Assembly: GCA_902612825.1 (NCBI GenBank)
Contig: CACMET010000001.1
Coordinates: 35,014-99,013, forward strand
Source of the DNA: an uncultured Alphaproteobacteria bacterium
Lineage (GTDB): Bacteria > Pseudomonadota > Alphaproteobacteria > HIMB59 > GCA-002718135
DNA length: 64,000 nucleotides
Direction of reading: 5' to 3'
This document shows, in pieces, positions 1 through 10,319 of the stretch. Below the pieces are notes generated by a model. It was given only the letters and a program-made list of their open reading frames with translations. It made no database searches and was not told the origin of the DNA. Position 1 is the first letter of the stretch. Every line of letters begins with the position of its first letter. Made by a program: the position numbers and the translations under genes.

Positions 1-1
1 A

Positions 2-1183
2 ATAACTGTTTTATCAAGGTGTCAGAGATTTGATTTACATAGAATAGAAAATAAAATTTTATCAGATCATTTACTAAAAATTTCTAAACTAGAAAATATT
101 GATATAGATTTAGATGCTATTTCGTTACTTGTAAGATCAGCGGATGGATCTGTAAGAGATGGTCTTAGTCTATTAGATCAAGCAATAACTAGTCCAAATG
201 AAAAAGTTGACTCGCAAACTGTGATAAGCATGCTGGGACTAGCTGATAGAGAAAAAATATTTAACTTAATTGAAATTATTTTAGAAGGAGATACGCTTGG
301 TGCAATTAATAAGTATAAAGAGTTGTATGAGTTAGGGGCAGATATCGCAATGATATTTGATGAACTATTGAACGTAGTACATTTCATTGTTCAAATAAAA
401 ATAGCACCAGATTTAAAAGATGACATTTACATACCTGAATTTGAAAGAAATAAAGGAGCTGAATTGTCATCAAAAATGACATTAAATAATCTGAATATTA
501 TATGGCAAATTTTATTCAAAGGTTATCAAGAATTACAAAATAGCTCTCATTTATACCAACATGGAGAAATGATTATTTTAAGAATTATTTATTTACATGA
601 TGGTCCAAGCCCAGAAGATCTAATTAAAAAAATGGACAAAGAAGTAGTAAAAAAAGAACCCTTAGAGAAAAATCTTGAACTACAAAATGAATCTAATGAA
701 AGTAACAAAGTTCTAAACTTTAATGAAAATAAAAAAGAAATTTCGCCAAAAGAAAATGTAAATATAATACATGTTCAAGACTTCAGACATTTTGTCGATA
801 TGTTTTTTAAAAATAGAGAAGGATTACTCCACACTAAGTTGTACAATGATGTGCAGTTAGTCTCTTTTAAAGAAGGAGAAGTTACCTTAAATACATCTAA
901 AATTAATGACACTGGCTTCAATAGAGCTGTTGCGAAATTAATCTCTAAATGGACAGGAAGAATATGGCAGATACATTCATCTACAAGCAATCTTGGAAAA
1001 AGTTTACACGATGAAGATATTATTAACCAACAAAAAGAAATTGAAATAATGAAAAATCATCCAGAAGTAAAAAAAATATTAAAAGAATTTCCTGAAAGTA
1101 AAATTCACGCTATTACAGAACTAGGTGAAATAAATGATGATGACGCAGATATAAATCAACCAAAAATGAAAAAGGAGAAATAA
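2..1183 (+). CDS. dnaX: DNA polymerase III subunit gamma/tau, C-terminal portion (5' end outside window)
   Basis: Track ORF 221-1183 stays open upstream to the window edge. In-frame translation from nt 2 reads ITVLSRCQRFDLHRIENK...VRSADGSVRDGLSLLDQA (clamp-loader box VII / sensor-2 region). Followed by the conserved ybaB-recR pair. Confidence 0.9.
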   Translation: MTVLSRCQRFDLHRIENKILSDHLLKISKLENIDIDLDAISLLVRSADGSVRDGLSLLDQAITSPNEKVDSQTVISMLGLADREKIFNLIEIILEGDTLGAINKYKELYELGADIAMIFDELLNVVHFIVQIKIAPDLKDDIYIPEFERNKGAELSSKMTLNNLNIIWQILFKGYQELQNSSHLYQHGEMIILRIIYLHDGPSPEDLIKKMDKEVVKKEPLEKNLELQNESNESNKVLNFNENKKEISPKENVNIIHVQDFRHFVDMFFKNREGLLHTKLYNDVQLVSFKEGEVTLNTSKINDTGFNRAVAKLISKWTGRIWQIHSSTSNLGKSLHDEDIINQQKEIEIMKNHPEVKKILKEFPESKIHAITELGEINDDDADINQPKMKKEK

Positions 1184-1506
1184 TGGTTAATTTAGGTAAT
1201 ATGATGAAGCAAGCTCAACAGTTGCAAAAGAAAATGGCTGAAGCACAGAATAAATTAAATGATATTGAAGTTGAAGGTACTTCTGGAGGAGGTCTTATTA
1301 AAGTAACAGCTACAGCAAAAGGTATTTTCAAAAGAATTTCAATTGATGATAGCTTGATTAAACAAGATGAGAAAGAAATACTTGAAGATCTGATTGTAGC
1401 AGCAATAAATGATGCCAAAGAAAAAGGAGAAGCTGCAGCTCAAGAAGAAATGAAAAATCTCACAGGTGGCCTACCATTACCTCCAGGAATGAAACTTCCT
1501 TTCTAA
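1183..1506 (+). CDS. ybaB: Nucleoid-associated protein YbaB/EbfC family
   Basis: 107 aa with MMKQAQQLQKKM...GGGLIKVTATAKG pattern. TAATG overlap with dnaX. dnaX-ybaB-recR synteny. Confidence 0.9.
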   Translation: MVNLGNMMKQAQQLQKKMAEAQNKLNDIEVEGTSGGGLIKVTATAKGIFKRISIDDSLIKQDEKEILEDLIVAAINDAKEKGEAAAQEEMKNLTGGLPLPPGMKLPF

Positions 1507-1508
1507 AA

Positions 1509-2108
1509 ATGGAGCAATCCCCAATAGATAAATTAATAAACGATATTTCAAAACTTCCAGGATTAGGAAGAAGATCAGCTCAAAGAATTGCTCTTTTTTT
1601 ATTAAAAAATAAAGATAAAAATTTATCTCCGTTAATTGAGAGTTTAAACTTATCTTATAATAAAATTATTGAGTGTTCAGAATGCGGAAATATAGATATG
1701 GTAAATCCATGCAATATTTGTGCAAATCCTAAAAGGGACAAAGCAACAATTTGTGTTGTTGAGGATGTGTCAGATTTGTGGACATTAGAAAAAGTAGGAT
1801 TTTATCGAGGTCTTTATAATGTTTTAGGCGGTTCATTATCAGCGATTCAAGGTATAGGAACTGATGAATTGAAAATAGAACATCTACTAAACAGAATTGA
1901 AACAAATAATGTTAAAGAAATTATTCTTGCTTTAAGTACAACTATGGAAGGACAAACAACATCTTTTGTTATTGCAGATAAGTTAGAAAAATTTAAAGAT
2001 TTAAATGTAACTAGACTTGCACAAGGAATCCCTATGGGTGGAGAAGTACACTACTTAGATGAAAACACATTAAATACAGCATTCCAATCTAGAAAAAAAA
2101 TTACATAA
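1509..2108 (+). CDS. recR: Recombination protein RecR
   Basis: 199 aa. HhH (LPGLGRRSAQRIA), C4 zinc finger (CSECGN...CNIC), Toprim-like VVEDVSD. Confidence 0.95.
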   Translation: MEQSPIDKLINDISKLPGLGRRSAQRIALFLLKNKDKNLSPLIESLNLSYNKIIECSECGNIDMVNPCNICANPKRDKATICVVEDVSDLWTLEKVGFYRGLYNVLGGSLSAIQGIGTDELKIEHLLNRIETNNVKEIILALSTTMEGQTTSFVIADKLEKFKDLNVTRLAQGIPMGGEVHYLDENTLNTAFQSRKKIT

Positions 2109-2114
2109 ATAGAA

Positions 2115-2624
2115 ATGGATAAATTACTTTATGTACCAAATCCACTATTACGCCAAAAAGCAGATAAAATTCAGTCTGTTGGAATTAAGGAAAAAGAAAT
2201 TGCCAAAAAAATGATGCAAATAATGATAAAAGCACCAGGTGTAGGTTTAGCAGCAAATCAAATTGGAATTCTAAAACAAATTGTGACTATATTTTTTGTA
2301 GATCAAGAGACTAAAAAAGAAACACAATATACATTGTTTAACCCCAATATTATTTCTTACTCTCAAGAAAAAATTGTTATGGAAGAGGGTTGTTTATCTC
2401 TTCCTGAACAATTTGCAGAAATTGAGAGACCTCAAAATATAGTAATCGAGTACTTAGATGAAAATAACAAACAAATAACAAAAGAAGTTAGCGGAGTGGA
2501 ATCAAGAATTTTACAACATGAAATTGATCATCTTTCTGGAAAGTTATTTGTAGATTATCTTTCTTCATTAAAAAGGAATATAATGATCAAAAAAGTACAA
2601 AAATTTTTAAAAAACAAAAAATAA
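2115..2624 (+). CDS. def: Peptide deformylase
   Basis: 169 aa. GVGLAANQIG, EGCLS and HEIDH metal-site motifs. Confidence 0.95.
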   Translation: MDKLLYVPNPLLRQKADKIQSVGIKEKEIAKKMMQIMIKAPGVGLAANQIGILKQIVTIFFVDQETKKETQYTLFNPNIISYSQEKIVMEEGCLSLPEQFAEIERPQNIVIEYLDENNKQITKEVSGVESRILQHEIDHLSGKLFVDYLSSLKRNIMIKKVQKFLKNKK

Positions 2625-3547
2625 TGAATAATAAGAAAATAATTTTTATGGGTTCACCAAAAATAGCCTCTGACTATCTTGATGCTTTAATTAAAAGTAG
2701 TTTCATAATTACCGCAGTATTTTCACAACCCCCAAAAAAGAAATCTAGAGGAATGAAAATAATTCAATCTGAAGTCCATCAACTTGCTAATAAAAATAAT
2801 ATTGAAGTTTTTTGCCCAAATATATTTGATAAAAATACTATTGAGACAGTGAAAAAATTAAATCCTGATTTAATTGTTGTCATGGCATACGGTAAAATAT
2901 TACCAAAAGATATTTTAGATTTACCACCATTTGGTTGTATCAATATCCATGTCTCTTTGTTGCCTAGATGGAGGGGTGCAGCCCCAATAGAGCATTCTTT
3001 AATGAATGGCGATAAAGAGACGGGTATATCAATAATACAGCTAATCGAAAAATTAGATGCTGGACCAATTATTAATCAAAAAAAAGTAGATATAGAAGAT
3101 GATTGTAATAAAAATGAATTAAGTCAAAAATTAACAGAGGTTGGAATCAAATTATTAGTTGAAACTATTCCTCTTATATTTGATAACAAAATTTCTTATT
3201 CTGATCAGGATGATAATGATGCAACATATGCAAATAAAATTTCTTCACTAAATAGAAAAATTAATTTTAATAAATCTGTAAATGAAGTTTTAAATCTTAT
3301 AAGGGCACATTCACCTAAACCTGGTGCTTGGTTTACTATACAAAATGAAAGAATTAAGATCATTAAAGCAAGAAAATCAAACTCTAACGGCAATGCATCG
3401 ACAATTCTTAATGAGACATTTGATATTGGGTGTAATGATGGAAGTATTGAACCATTAATTTTACAAAGAGAAGGCAAAAATGCTATTTCTAAAGATGATT
3501 TTCTTCGGGGATATAGTTTTAAGGTTAATGAAGTAATAAATGCCTAA
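2624..3547 (+). CDS. fmt: Methionyl-tRNA formyltransferase
   Basis: 307 aa. Formyltransferase core HVSLLPRWRGAAPI. Directly follows def. Confidence 0.93.
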   Translation: MNNKKIIFMGSPKIASDYLDALIKSSFIITAVFSQPPKKKSRGMKIIQSEVHQLANKNNIEVFCPNIFDKNTIETVKKLNPDLIVVMAYGKILPKDILDLPPFGCINIHVSLLPRWRGAAPIEHSLMNGDKETGISIIQLIEKLDAGPIINQKKVDIEDDCNKNELSQKLTEVGIKLLVETIPLIFDNKISYSDQDDNDATYANKISSLNRKINFNKSVNEVLNLIRAHSPKPGAWFTIQNERIKIIKARKSNSNGNASTILNETFDIGCNDGSIEPLILQREGKNAISKDDFLRGYSFKVNEVINA

Positions 3548-4274
3548 CTACAAAATAACATTAGAATATGATGGAACTAATTATGTTGGTTGGCAACGTC
3601 AAGAAAATGGTCCTTCTGTTCAACAATTGGTTGAAGAGGCAATAGAAAAACTATCAAAACAAAAAATAACACTTTTTGGAGCTGGTCGAACAGATGCAGG
3701 CGTTCATGCTAGAGGACAAGTAGCTAATTTTGAATTAGAGCAACAATTTGATACCGATACTATTAGAGATGGCATTAACCATTATCTAAGGCCCCAACCC
3801 ATATCTATTTTACATGCTGAAGAAGTAGATAAAGATTTTAATTCTAGATTTTCCGCAAAATTGAGATGGTATGAATACAAGATCTTAAATAGAAGATCAC
3901 CAATTACGTTAGAGCAAAACAAAGTTTGGTGTGTACACAAAAAAATAGATGCTGAAAAAATAATAAAACAATCACAACAATTTATAGGCAAATTTGATTT
4001 GTCTGCTTTTAGGTCAATAAATTGCCAATCGAAATCACCAATTAAATCTATTAATTCACTGGATATAAATTTTAATCATGATGAAATAAATTTTTTAATA
4101 TCAGCTAAATCCTTTTTACATTCTCAAGTTAGAATCATGGTCGGTACACTGGTTGATATAGGACTTAGTAAAATAGAAAAATCTATTTCAGAAATTATTC
4201 AATCCAAAAAAAGGGAATATGCTGGAGTTACTGCGCCACCTGAAGGATTATATTTATTGAAAATAGATTATTAA
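3540..4274 (+). CDS. truA: tRNA pseudouridine(38-40) synthase TruA
   Basis: 244 aa. GAGRTDAGVHA catalytic-Asp motif. Confidence 0.93.
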   Translation: MPNYKITLEYDGTNYVGWQRQENGPSVQQLVEEAIEKLSKQKITLFGAGRTDAGVHARGQVANFELEQQFDTDTIRDGINHYLRPQPISILHAEEVDKDFNSRFSAKLRWYEYKILNRRSPITLEQNKVWCVHKKIDAEKIIKQSQQFIGKFDLSAFRSINCQSKSPIKSINSLDINFNHDEINFLISAKSFLHSQVRIMVGTLVDIGLSKIEKSISEIIQSKKREYAGVTAPPEGLYLLKIDY

Positions 4275-4834
4275 TAAAAGCCGATTTCTGATAAACAAAT
4301 ATCTGCTTGAAAATCTTTAAATCCAGCAACTAACCCTAATGTCTTGATATTCTGGCCAACTAATTTTTTAGGCTGATAAGCATTTGATTTTTTAAATTCA
4401 CTAAAGGGTGCTTTTATTACTGTCCACTCAGAATTAGTTTTAAAACTATACTTATAATATTGCCATGGAGCTACTGTTAAAGCTGTTCTTACATGAATTG
4501 AATATTCTTCATTATTACCAAACACTTTAAAATAAACACCCTCAAACTCTTCTGTTGATATTGAAGGTTTTAATTGATTTCTTATTTGAATGAAGCCGCC
4601 GTTATTTTCAGTCGTGACATCTCCTGTCATATGATAACAATTAACATCATTAACTTTTGATATGATAGCTTTACCTTGTGACAACCCACCCATTACTCCA
4701 TCAGTAAAAAAGGCCCAATTTTGACCTTGAGAAGAAATTCCGGGTGTTTCTAATTTATCAAGTATCATTTTATTCTGAGATTGAAGATTGAATGAAAAAA
4801 ATAAAATAAAAACAAAAATTATTAAACTTTTCAA
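4271..4834 (-). CDS. CIA30-domain (complex I intermediate-associated protein 30-like) secreted protein
   Basis: 187 aa with hydrophobic N-terminal signal-like segment. FTDGVMGGLS...ENNGGF pattern recalled from the CIA30 family. Confidence 0.6.
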   Translation of the reverse strand: MKSLIIFVFILFFSFNLQSQNKMILDKLETPGISSQGQNWAFFTDGVMGGLSQGKAIISKVNDVNCYHMTGDVTTENNGGFIQIRNQLKPSISTEEFEGVYFKVFGNNEEYSIHVRTALTVAPWQYYKYSFKTNSEWTVIKAPFSEFKKSNAYQPKKLVGQNIKTLGLVAGFKDFQADICLSEIGFY

Positions 4835-5115
4835 TTTTTACGATTTTCTGCTAATTTTTTTTTGATAAGAGATAAACCTGTTTCAACTTTGGATTTATAC
4901 GATTCTTCAAATGCTTTTAACTGCCAATCTGAAAATCTAGATTTTAGTTCAGATAAATTATTTTGTTTCCATTCATTTGAAGTATTTTCATCTTTCCAAA
5001 TATCTTTCTCTTCATTAGTTCTTCCACAGCCATAGCAATACCCTGAGATTGGGTCAGTTTTACATACGCTAATGCAAGGCGAAGTTACTTTGTTCTGTTC
5101 CATGATAATATACAT
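4831..5115 (-). CDS. DUF1289 (YdhL-like) small Cys-motif protein
   Basis: 94 aa. SPCISVCKTDPISGYCYGCGRTNEE four-Cys motif. Confidence 0.6.
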   Translation of the reverse strand: MYIIMEQNKVTSPCISVCKTDPISGYCYGCGRTNEEKDIWKDENTSNEWKQNNLSELKSRFSDWQLKAFEESYKSKVETGLSLIKKKLAENRKN

Positions 5116-5164
5116 ATATTTTTTTTTAGTTTATTCCATTAAAACGATGTAAAACTTTAAAATT

Positions 5165-6133
5165 ATGAATGATTTTAGCTATTTAAACGTTGATAATGCT
5201 TATAAATTAATCAATCAAAAGATAACAAAAACTCCTTTAGTAACTAATGATTATATAAATAATCTTATAGAAGCTGAAATTTATTTTAAACTTGAAAATT
5301 TACAAAATACTGGATCATTTAAACTACGGGGAGCTATACATAAAATTACAAAATTAATAGAAAATGTAAAAGACTCAGGTGTAGTAGCATATTCATCAGG
5401 AAATCATGCACAAGCTGTTGCTTATGCATCTATGATTAATAGCATTAGTGCAAAGATAATAATGCCTAAAACTGCACCTCAAATAAAAATTGAAAACACA
5501 AAAAATTATGGAGCAGAAGTTATATTATATGACAGTTACTTTCAAAGTAGAGAAGAGATAGGAAATGAAATTCAAAAGAAGGATAATAGAGCTCTTATTA
5601 AACCCTATGATGATGAAGATATAATTGCTGGTCAAGGAACTGCAGCTGTTGAAATTGTAAATGATTTGAAAGAGCAATCAATTGAACCTGATCTTTATTT
5701 ATGTTGTTGTGGAGGTGGCGGTCTTATTGCAGGAACATCAACATACTTAAAACATATCTATCCAAATATAAGATCATATTCTGTGGAACCCGATGAATTT
5801 GATGACACAAAAAGATCTTTAGAAGCTGGTAAACTTATAGAAAATAAAAAAAATGCTAAATCTTTTTGTGACGCACTATTGGCACCACAACCTGGTAATA
5901 TAACTTTTCAAATTAATTCAAATAATCTTGAAGGAGGACTAAGTGTTTCTGATGAAGAAGTAACAAAAACTATAATTTTGCTAGCTGAACAACTTAAAAT
6001 AGTTGTGGAACCAGGTGGAGCAGTTGCAGCTGCAGCAGTATTAAATAATAAAATTGATGTTAAAAATAAAAAAATTATAGTTATGATTTCTGGTGGTAAC
6101 ATCGATCTAAGTTTATTTAATAAGTTAAAATGA
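5165..6133 (+). CDS. PLP-dependent threonine/serine dehydratase family enzyme (no regulatory ACT domain)
   Basis: 322 aa. PLP-lysine motif SFKLRGA and CGGGGL glycine loop of fold-type II enzymes. Confidence 0.8.
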   Translation: MNDFSYLNVDNAYKLINQKITKTPLVTNDYINNLIEAEIYFKLENLQNTGSFKLRGAIHKITKLIENVKDSGVVAYSSGNHAQAVAYASMINSISAKIIMPKTAPQIKIENTKNYGAEVILYDSYFQSREEIGNEIQKKDNRALIKPYDDEDIIAGQGTAAVEIVNDLKEQSIEPDLYLCCCGGGGLIAGTSTYLKHIYPNIRSYSVEPDEFDDTKRSLEAGKLIENKKNAKSFCDALLAPQPGNITFQINSNNLEGGLSVSDEEVTKTIILLAEQLKIVVEPGGAVAAAAVLNNKIDVKNKKIIVMISGGNIDLSLFNKLK

Positions 6134-7893
6134 ATCAATCAAATTTAAAAAAATTACAAAATCTATTAAAAGAAAAAGATATCGATATTTTTGTCATTAA
6201 TAGAAGTGATGAATATTTAAATGAGTATATTTCTCCAAATGCAGAAAGATTAAAGTTTATAACAAAATTTTCTGGTTCAGCAGGAAGAGCAATTATTACG
6301 CCAACAGATGCCTTCTTGTATGTTGATGGACGATATACTTTTCAAGCGAATACTCAAATTAATGCCAAAGAGATTCACGCAAAACACTTAAATAACTTTT
6401 GGACAGATTTAGAAAAAATTTTATTAGAAAAAGAACTAAAAATTGCATTAGATCCAACTCTTCATTCAATTATAGAAATTGAAAAAGTGGAAAAAATGTT
6501 AGAGAACTCAAAATCTCAACTCCAACTAATAGATAAAAATTTTGTTGATTTAATATGGGAAAATCAACCAAAAACTCAGTATACAGATATATTTGATCAC
6601 CCAACAAGTTTTGCTGGTCAGGCCAGAAGTGAAAAATTAGATATTTTAAAAACATTTTTAGATCAAAATGAAATTGATCATTACTTTGTTTCTGGGCTTG
6701 ATAATATTGCTTGGCTATTAAATTTAAGAGCAGATGATATTAAATATACACCGTTACTTTATTCTTATCTTCTAATTTCAAAAAATAATAAACACTCTTT
6801 GTATATTAAAGAGTCTTCAATGCCAGAAATTCTAAAAAAAGAAATCCAAACACTAATAAATATTAATAATATTGAAAATATTGGATCAATTTTTAATAAC
6901 ATTAATTCATCCGAATCAATTGGTTTAGATTTTAATTCCACCACTTTTTATTTTTTAGATCTTTTAAGAAAACAAAAAATAAATACTAAAAATTTAGCAA
7001 ATCCATGTATTTTGTTAAAAGCTATCAAAAATGAAACTGAACTAGATGGGGCAAAAAAAGCACATATAAGAGATGGTGTTAGTATTACCAAATATATTTA
7101 TTGGTTAAAAAATATCATGGATCCTAAATCAAATGATGAAATAAGTGTTGCACATCATTTAGAAAATCTCCGAAGAAAAAATGAATTATTTCATTCTCTA
7201 TCTTTTGATACAATATCAGCAATTGATCAAAATGCAGCCCTTCCTCATTACCGTGTTACTGAAGAAGGAAAATCATCTTTCTCAGATAATAATATTTATC
7301 TTGTTGACTCAGGAGGGCAATATTTTGATGGAACAACCGATATAACAAGAACTATAATTTTAGGTGAAGCAACAACAGAACAAAAAGATAGATTTACGAG
7401 AGTTCTTAAAGGTCATATTGCATTATCAAATCATGTTTTTGAAAAGGGAACAAAAGGAACTGATATTGATTATCTAGCAAGAAAAAGTCTACAAGAAATT
7501 AATTTAGATTATGATCATGGTACCGGTCACGGTATAGGAAGTTTTTTGAGTGTCCATGAAGCTCCACAACGTATTGCAAAAAAATCAATGTTTGATAGCG
7601 TTGAGTTGCTTCCAGGAATGATTTTATCCAATGAACCTGGATTCTATAAAGAAAATGAATATGGTATAAGAACAGAAAATTTAGTTGTGATAAAAGAGAA
7701 TAATGATAAGAAATTATATTTTGAAAACATCTCATGGTGTCCAATAGATTTGGATCTCATTGAGAGTAGCATGCTTGATCAAATTGAAATACATTGGCTA
7801 AATAAATATCATAGAAAGGTGTATGAAACATTGCACACGCACCTTGATAATCAAGAAAGAGATTGGCTTAAAAAGGTAACTTCTGAAGTTTAG
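6130..7893 (+). CDS. Xaa-Pro aminopeptidase (M24B, aminopeptidase P family, long form)
   Basis: 587 aa. VDSGGQYFDGTTDITRT, HGTGHGIG, SNEPGFY and RTEN metal-ligand regions. Confidence 0.85.
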   Translation: MNQSNLKKLQNLLKEKDIDIFVINRSDEYLNEYISPNAERLKFITKFSGSAGRAIITPTDAFLYVDGRYTFQANTQINAKEIHAKHLNNFWTDLEKILLEKELKIALDPTLHSIIEIEKVEKMLENSKSQLQLIDKNFVDLIWENQPKTQYTDIFDHPTSFAGQARSEKLDILKTFLDQNEIDHYFVSGLDNIAWLLNLRADDIKYTPLLYSYLLISKNNKHSLYIKESSMPEILKKEIQTLININNIENIGSIFNNINSSESIGLDFNSTTFYFLDLLRKQKINTKNLANPCILLKAIKNETELDGAKKAHIRDGVSITKYIYWLKNIMDPKSNDEISVAHHLENLRRKNELFHSLSFDTISAIDQNAALPHYRVTEEGKSSFSDNNIYLVDSGGQYFDGTTDITRTIILGEATTEQKDRFTRVLKGHIALSNHVFEKGTKGTDIDYLARKSLQEINLDYDHGTGHGIGSFLSVHEAPQRIAKKSMFDSVELLPGMILSNEPGFYKENEYGIRTENLVVIKENNDKKLYFENISWCPIDLDLIESSMLDQIEIHWLNKYHRKVYETLHTHLDNQERDWLKKVTSEV

Positions 7894-7896
7894 TTT

Positions 7897-7917
7897 AAGC
7901 CGCTAATTATGCGGCTT
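7897..7917. terminator. Hairpin AAGCCGC-TAATTAT-GCGGCTT, candidate bidirectional terminator
   Basis: Perfect 7-bp GC-rich stem 4 nt after the aminopeptidase stop, followed by TCTTATT. Also covers the stop codon of the convergent small ORF. Confidence 0.55.
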
Positions 7918-8083
7918 TCTTATTGATATCAAATTCAGTTCTTAGAAGATGCTTGTCTAATTCAATTTTCCATTCTTTTCCATATTCGGATTTGAAATAT
8001 TTAACTAAATCCTCATCATTATTGTAATTTTTGTCGCTTAAATCCTCGTAAACTTTGTTAAAAAAGTTAAAAACATTAATCAT
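7907..8083 (-). CDS. Hypothetical small protein (58 aa), below the track length cut-off
   Basis: ATG at 8083 preceded by GAAAGGAATAAATA. Translation MINVFNFFNKVYEDLSDKNYNNDEDLVKYFKSEYGKEWKIELDKHLLRTEFDINKKAA. No family recognised. Confidence 0.3.
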   Translation of the reverse strand: MINVFNFFNKVYEDLSDKNYNNDEDLVKYFKSEYGKEWKIELDKHLLRTEFDINKKAA

Positions 8084-8286
8084 TATTTATTCCTTTCAAT
8101 TATAAAATAGTAATTATTCTATGCAATCAAAGTATAAAAATATGAATTTTAATATGCAAAAAATGCATATATAAATATTTTAAAAATTTAAATGTACTTA
8201 AATTATTTAATAATAATTAAAATTAATTGTTCCTGATTGACTTTGTACATTAATACTTCATAGATTCTATAATATTATAACTTTCA

Positions 8287-9390
8287 ATGATAATAATTTT
8301 AACACAATGTTTTCCATCTAAAATAGGGGGAATTGAAACATTGATGTATGACATAGCATTAAATTTAAGTCATAAACACGATGTAAAGGTTTTAGCTGAC
8401 CAACAAAACAGTTCTAAGGATTTAGAATTTGATAAAAACAATAAAAATTTTTCAATATTAAGATTTAAGGGTTTAAAATTTTTAAGAAAAAGAAATAAAT
8501 TTAATCAACTTAAAAATATTTGTTCTTCAAATAATATTGAAGCAGTCATCACTGATAGCTGGAAAAGTCTTGAGTTACCAATTAATTTTTTAAAAGAAAA
8601 AAAAATTCCAATTATTAGCCTTGTTCATGGAAACGAAATAATAATCAAAAACAATAATCATCATAAACGAATAAAGAAAGTTTTAGAATTAGCAAACGCA
8701 TTGGTGGTCAATTCATCATATACTAAAAACTTACTTTCAAAAATAAGTAAAAAATTTAAAAAAATTGAGGTTATCCATCCAGGTGTAAAATCTACTAAGA
8801 ATATTATAGAACAAGCAATAGATTTAGATGATAGTTATCCAACGTTGCTTACTCTTGCCAGACTAGAAAAAAGAAAAGGACATTCGTATATTCTTAAATC
8901 TATTTTTAATTTAAAAAAAATTTATCCAGATATTCAATATATAATTGCTGGTGAAGGTGATCAGTTAGAGAATATAAAGAAAGAAATAAAAAATTATAAT
9001 CTAGAATCAAATGTGAAGTTAGTTGGAACAATAAATGAAAATCAAAAAAAATTCATTTTTTCTAAGACTGATATTATGATCATGCCGACAATAGATGAAA
9101 CTCATGCAAATTCTATTGAAGGTTTTGGTATCGCCTACATTGAAGCAGCACAATATGGAATTCCTTCAATTGCCTCAAATGTTGGAGGTACTCCTGAAGC
9201 TGTATTGCATAATAAAACAGGTTTAATTATTAATAATTTTAATGAATTAGATGAATCAATTAAGAATTTAGTTGAGAACAAACAAAATAGAATTGAATTA
9301 GGACAAAATGCAAAAAATAGAGCAGAAAATGAATTAATCTGGGAAAAACAAGTAGTAAAATACAATAAGTTAATAGATGATATTCAATGA
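8287..9390 (+). CDS. Glycosyltransferase family 4 (GT-B fold)
   Basis: 367 aa. C-terminal EX7E region EGFGIAYIEAAQYGIPSIASNVGGTPE. Confidence 0.85.
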   Translation: MIIILTQCFPSKIGGIETLMYDIALNLSHKHDVKVLADQQNSSKDLEFDKNNKNFSILRFKGLKFLRKRNKFNQLKNICSSNNIEAVITDSWKSLELPINFLKEKKIPIISLVHGNEIIIKNNNHHKRIKKVLELANALVVNSSYTKNLLSKISKKFKKIEVIHPGVKSTKNIIEQAIDLDDSYPTLLTLARLEKRKGHSYILKSIFNLKKIYPDIQYIIAGEGDQLENIKKEIKNYNLESNVKLVGTINENQKKFIFSKTDIMIMPTIDETHANSIEGFGIAYIEAAQYGIPSIASNVGGTPEAVLHNKTGLIINNFNELDESIKNLVENKQNRIELGQNAKNRAENELIWEKQVVKYNKLIDDIQ

Positions 9391-10319
9391 CTATTTTATT
9401 TCATAACACAACTTTTGATAAAATTGATGTTTGGAAAAAAACAATAAAAAAATATTTTAAAAATGAAAAAATAATTTCTATAAAAGATTATAAAAATTTT
9501 CATGATGTAAATTGTGCAATTATTTGGAATCTACCAGATAATATTCTTTCAAGACTAAAAAATCTCCAAGTTATTTTCTCTATGGGAGCTGGAGTAGATC
9601 ACATTCTAAAACTTAAAAATTATAATAAAAAAATTCCCATAATCAGAATAAAAGATGAAGAAATGGGGGAGAGAATTGCCAATTATTCTTTAGCTCAAAT
9701 ACTAAATTATCAATTAAATTTTAAAATTTTTCAAAACTCTCAAATCAAACAATACTGGTCTGGAGAAAGGACACCAATTGATAATAAAAATTTAACAGTA
9801 GGTATTCTAGGTCTGGGCTTTCTTGGTAATCATATTGCAAAATTACTAAATAAATTAAATTATAATGTTATTGCATATAAAAAAAATCGAGCAAAAGTAA
9901 AAAATGTAAAAATATATACAGGTAAAAATATTATAAGTTTTATCAAAAGCTCTGATGTTATAATTTCTATTCTACCGTCAACATCTCAAACAAATAATAT
10001 AATAGATAAAAAGTTTTTAAAGAATATGAAAAAAAATTCTTGTTTAATAAATATAGGCAGAGGAAATGCAATTGAAGAGAAAGATCTTCTAAATCATTTA
10101 AAGAAAAACAAAAATTTTTATGCTTATTTAGATGTCTTTAAAGATGAACCTTTAAAATCAAGTAGTCAATTTTGGAAACTGCCAAATGTAACTATTACTC
10201 CACACGTTGCAGGTGTAACAGCTATAGAGCCATCTGTTAAGTACATGTACTCCAAATATAAAAAACTAAGAAAAAATAAAAATATAAAATCAGATGTTAA
10301 TCCATCTCATGGATATTAA
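9387..10319 (+). CDS. ghrA: Glyoxylate/hydroxypyruvate reductase A-like D-2-hydroxyacid dehydrogenase
   Basis: 310 aa. Colinear with E. coli GhrA as recalled (SMGAGVD, GILGLGFLG NAD loop, GRG, ITPHVAG, C-terminal GY). Confidence 0.72.
   Translation: MTILFHNTTFDKIDVWKKTIKKYFKNEKIISIKDYKNFHDVNCAIIWNLPDNILSRLKNLQVIFSMGAGVDHILKLKNYNKKIPIIRIKDEEMGERIANYSLAQILNYQLNFKIFQNSQIKQYWSGERTPIDNKNLTVGILGLGFLGNHIAKLLNKLNYNVIAYKKNRAKVKNVKIYTGKNIISFIKSSDVIISILPSTSQTNNIIDKKFLKNMKKNSCLINIGRGNAIEEKDLLNHLKKNKNFYAYLDVFKDEPLKSSSQFWKLPNVTITPHVAGVTAIEPSVKYMYSKYKKLRKNKNIKSDVNPSHGY

Noticed and set aside
649-678. Possible dnaX programmed -1 frameshift. The heptamer A AAA AAA (649-655) lies just after domain III, at the start of the low-complexity linker. 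The -1 frame reaches TGA at 676-678, which would give a gamma-like short product.
   Set aside because: A7 runs are very common in this AT-rich sequence; another lies 25 nt upstream. I see no downstream stem-loop or upstream SD-like stimulator as in E. coli dnaX. The position is suggestive but not distinguishable from chance without experimental or comparative data.
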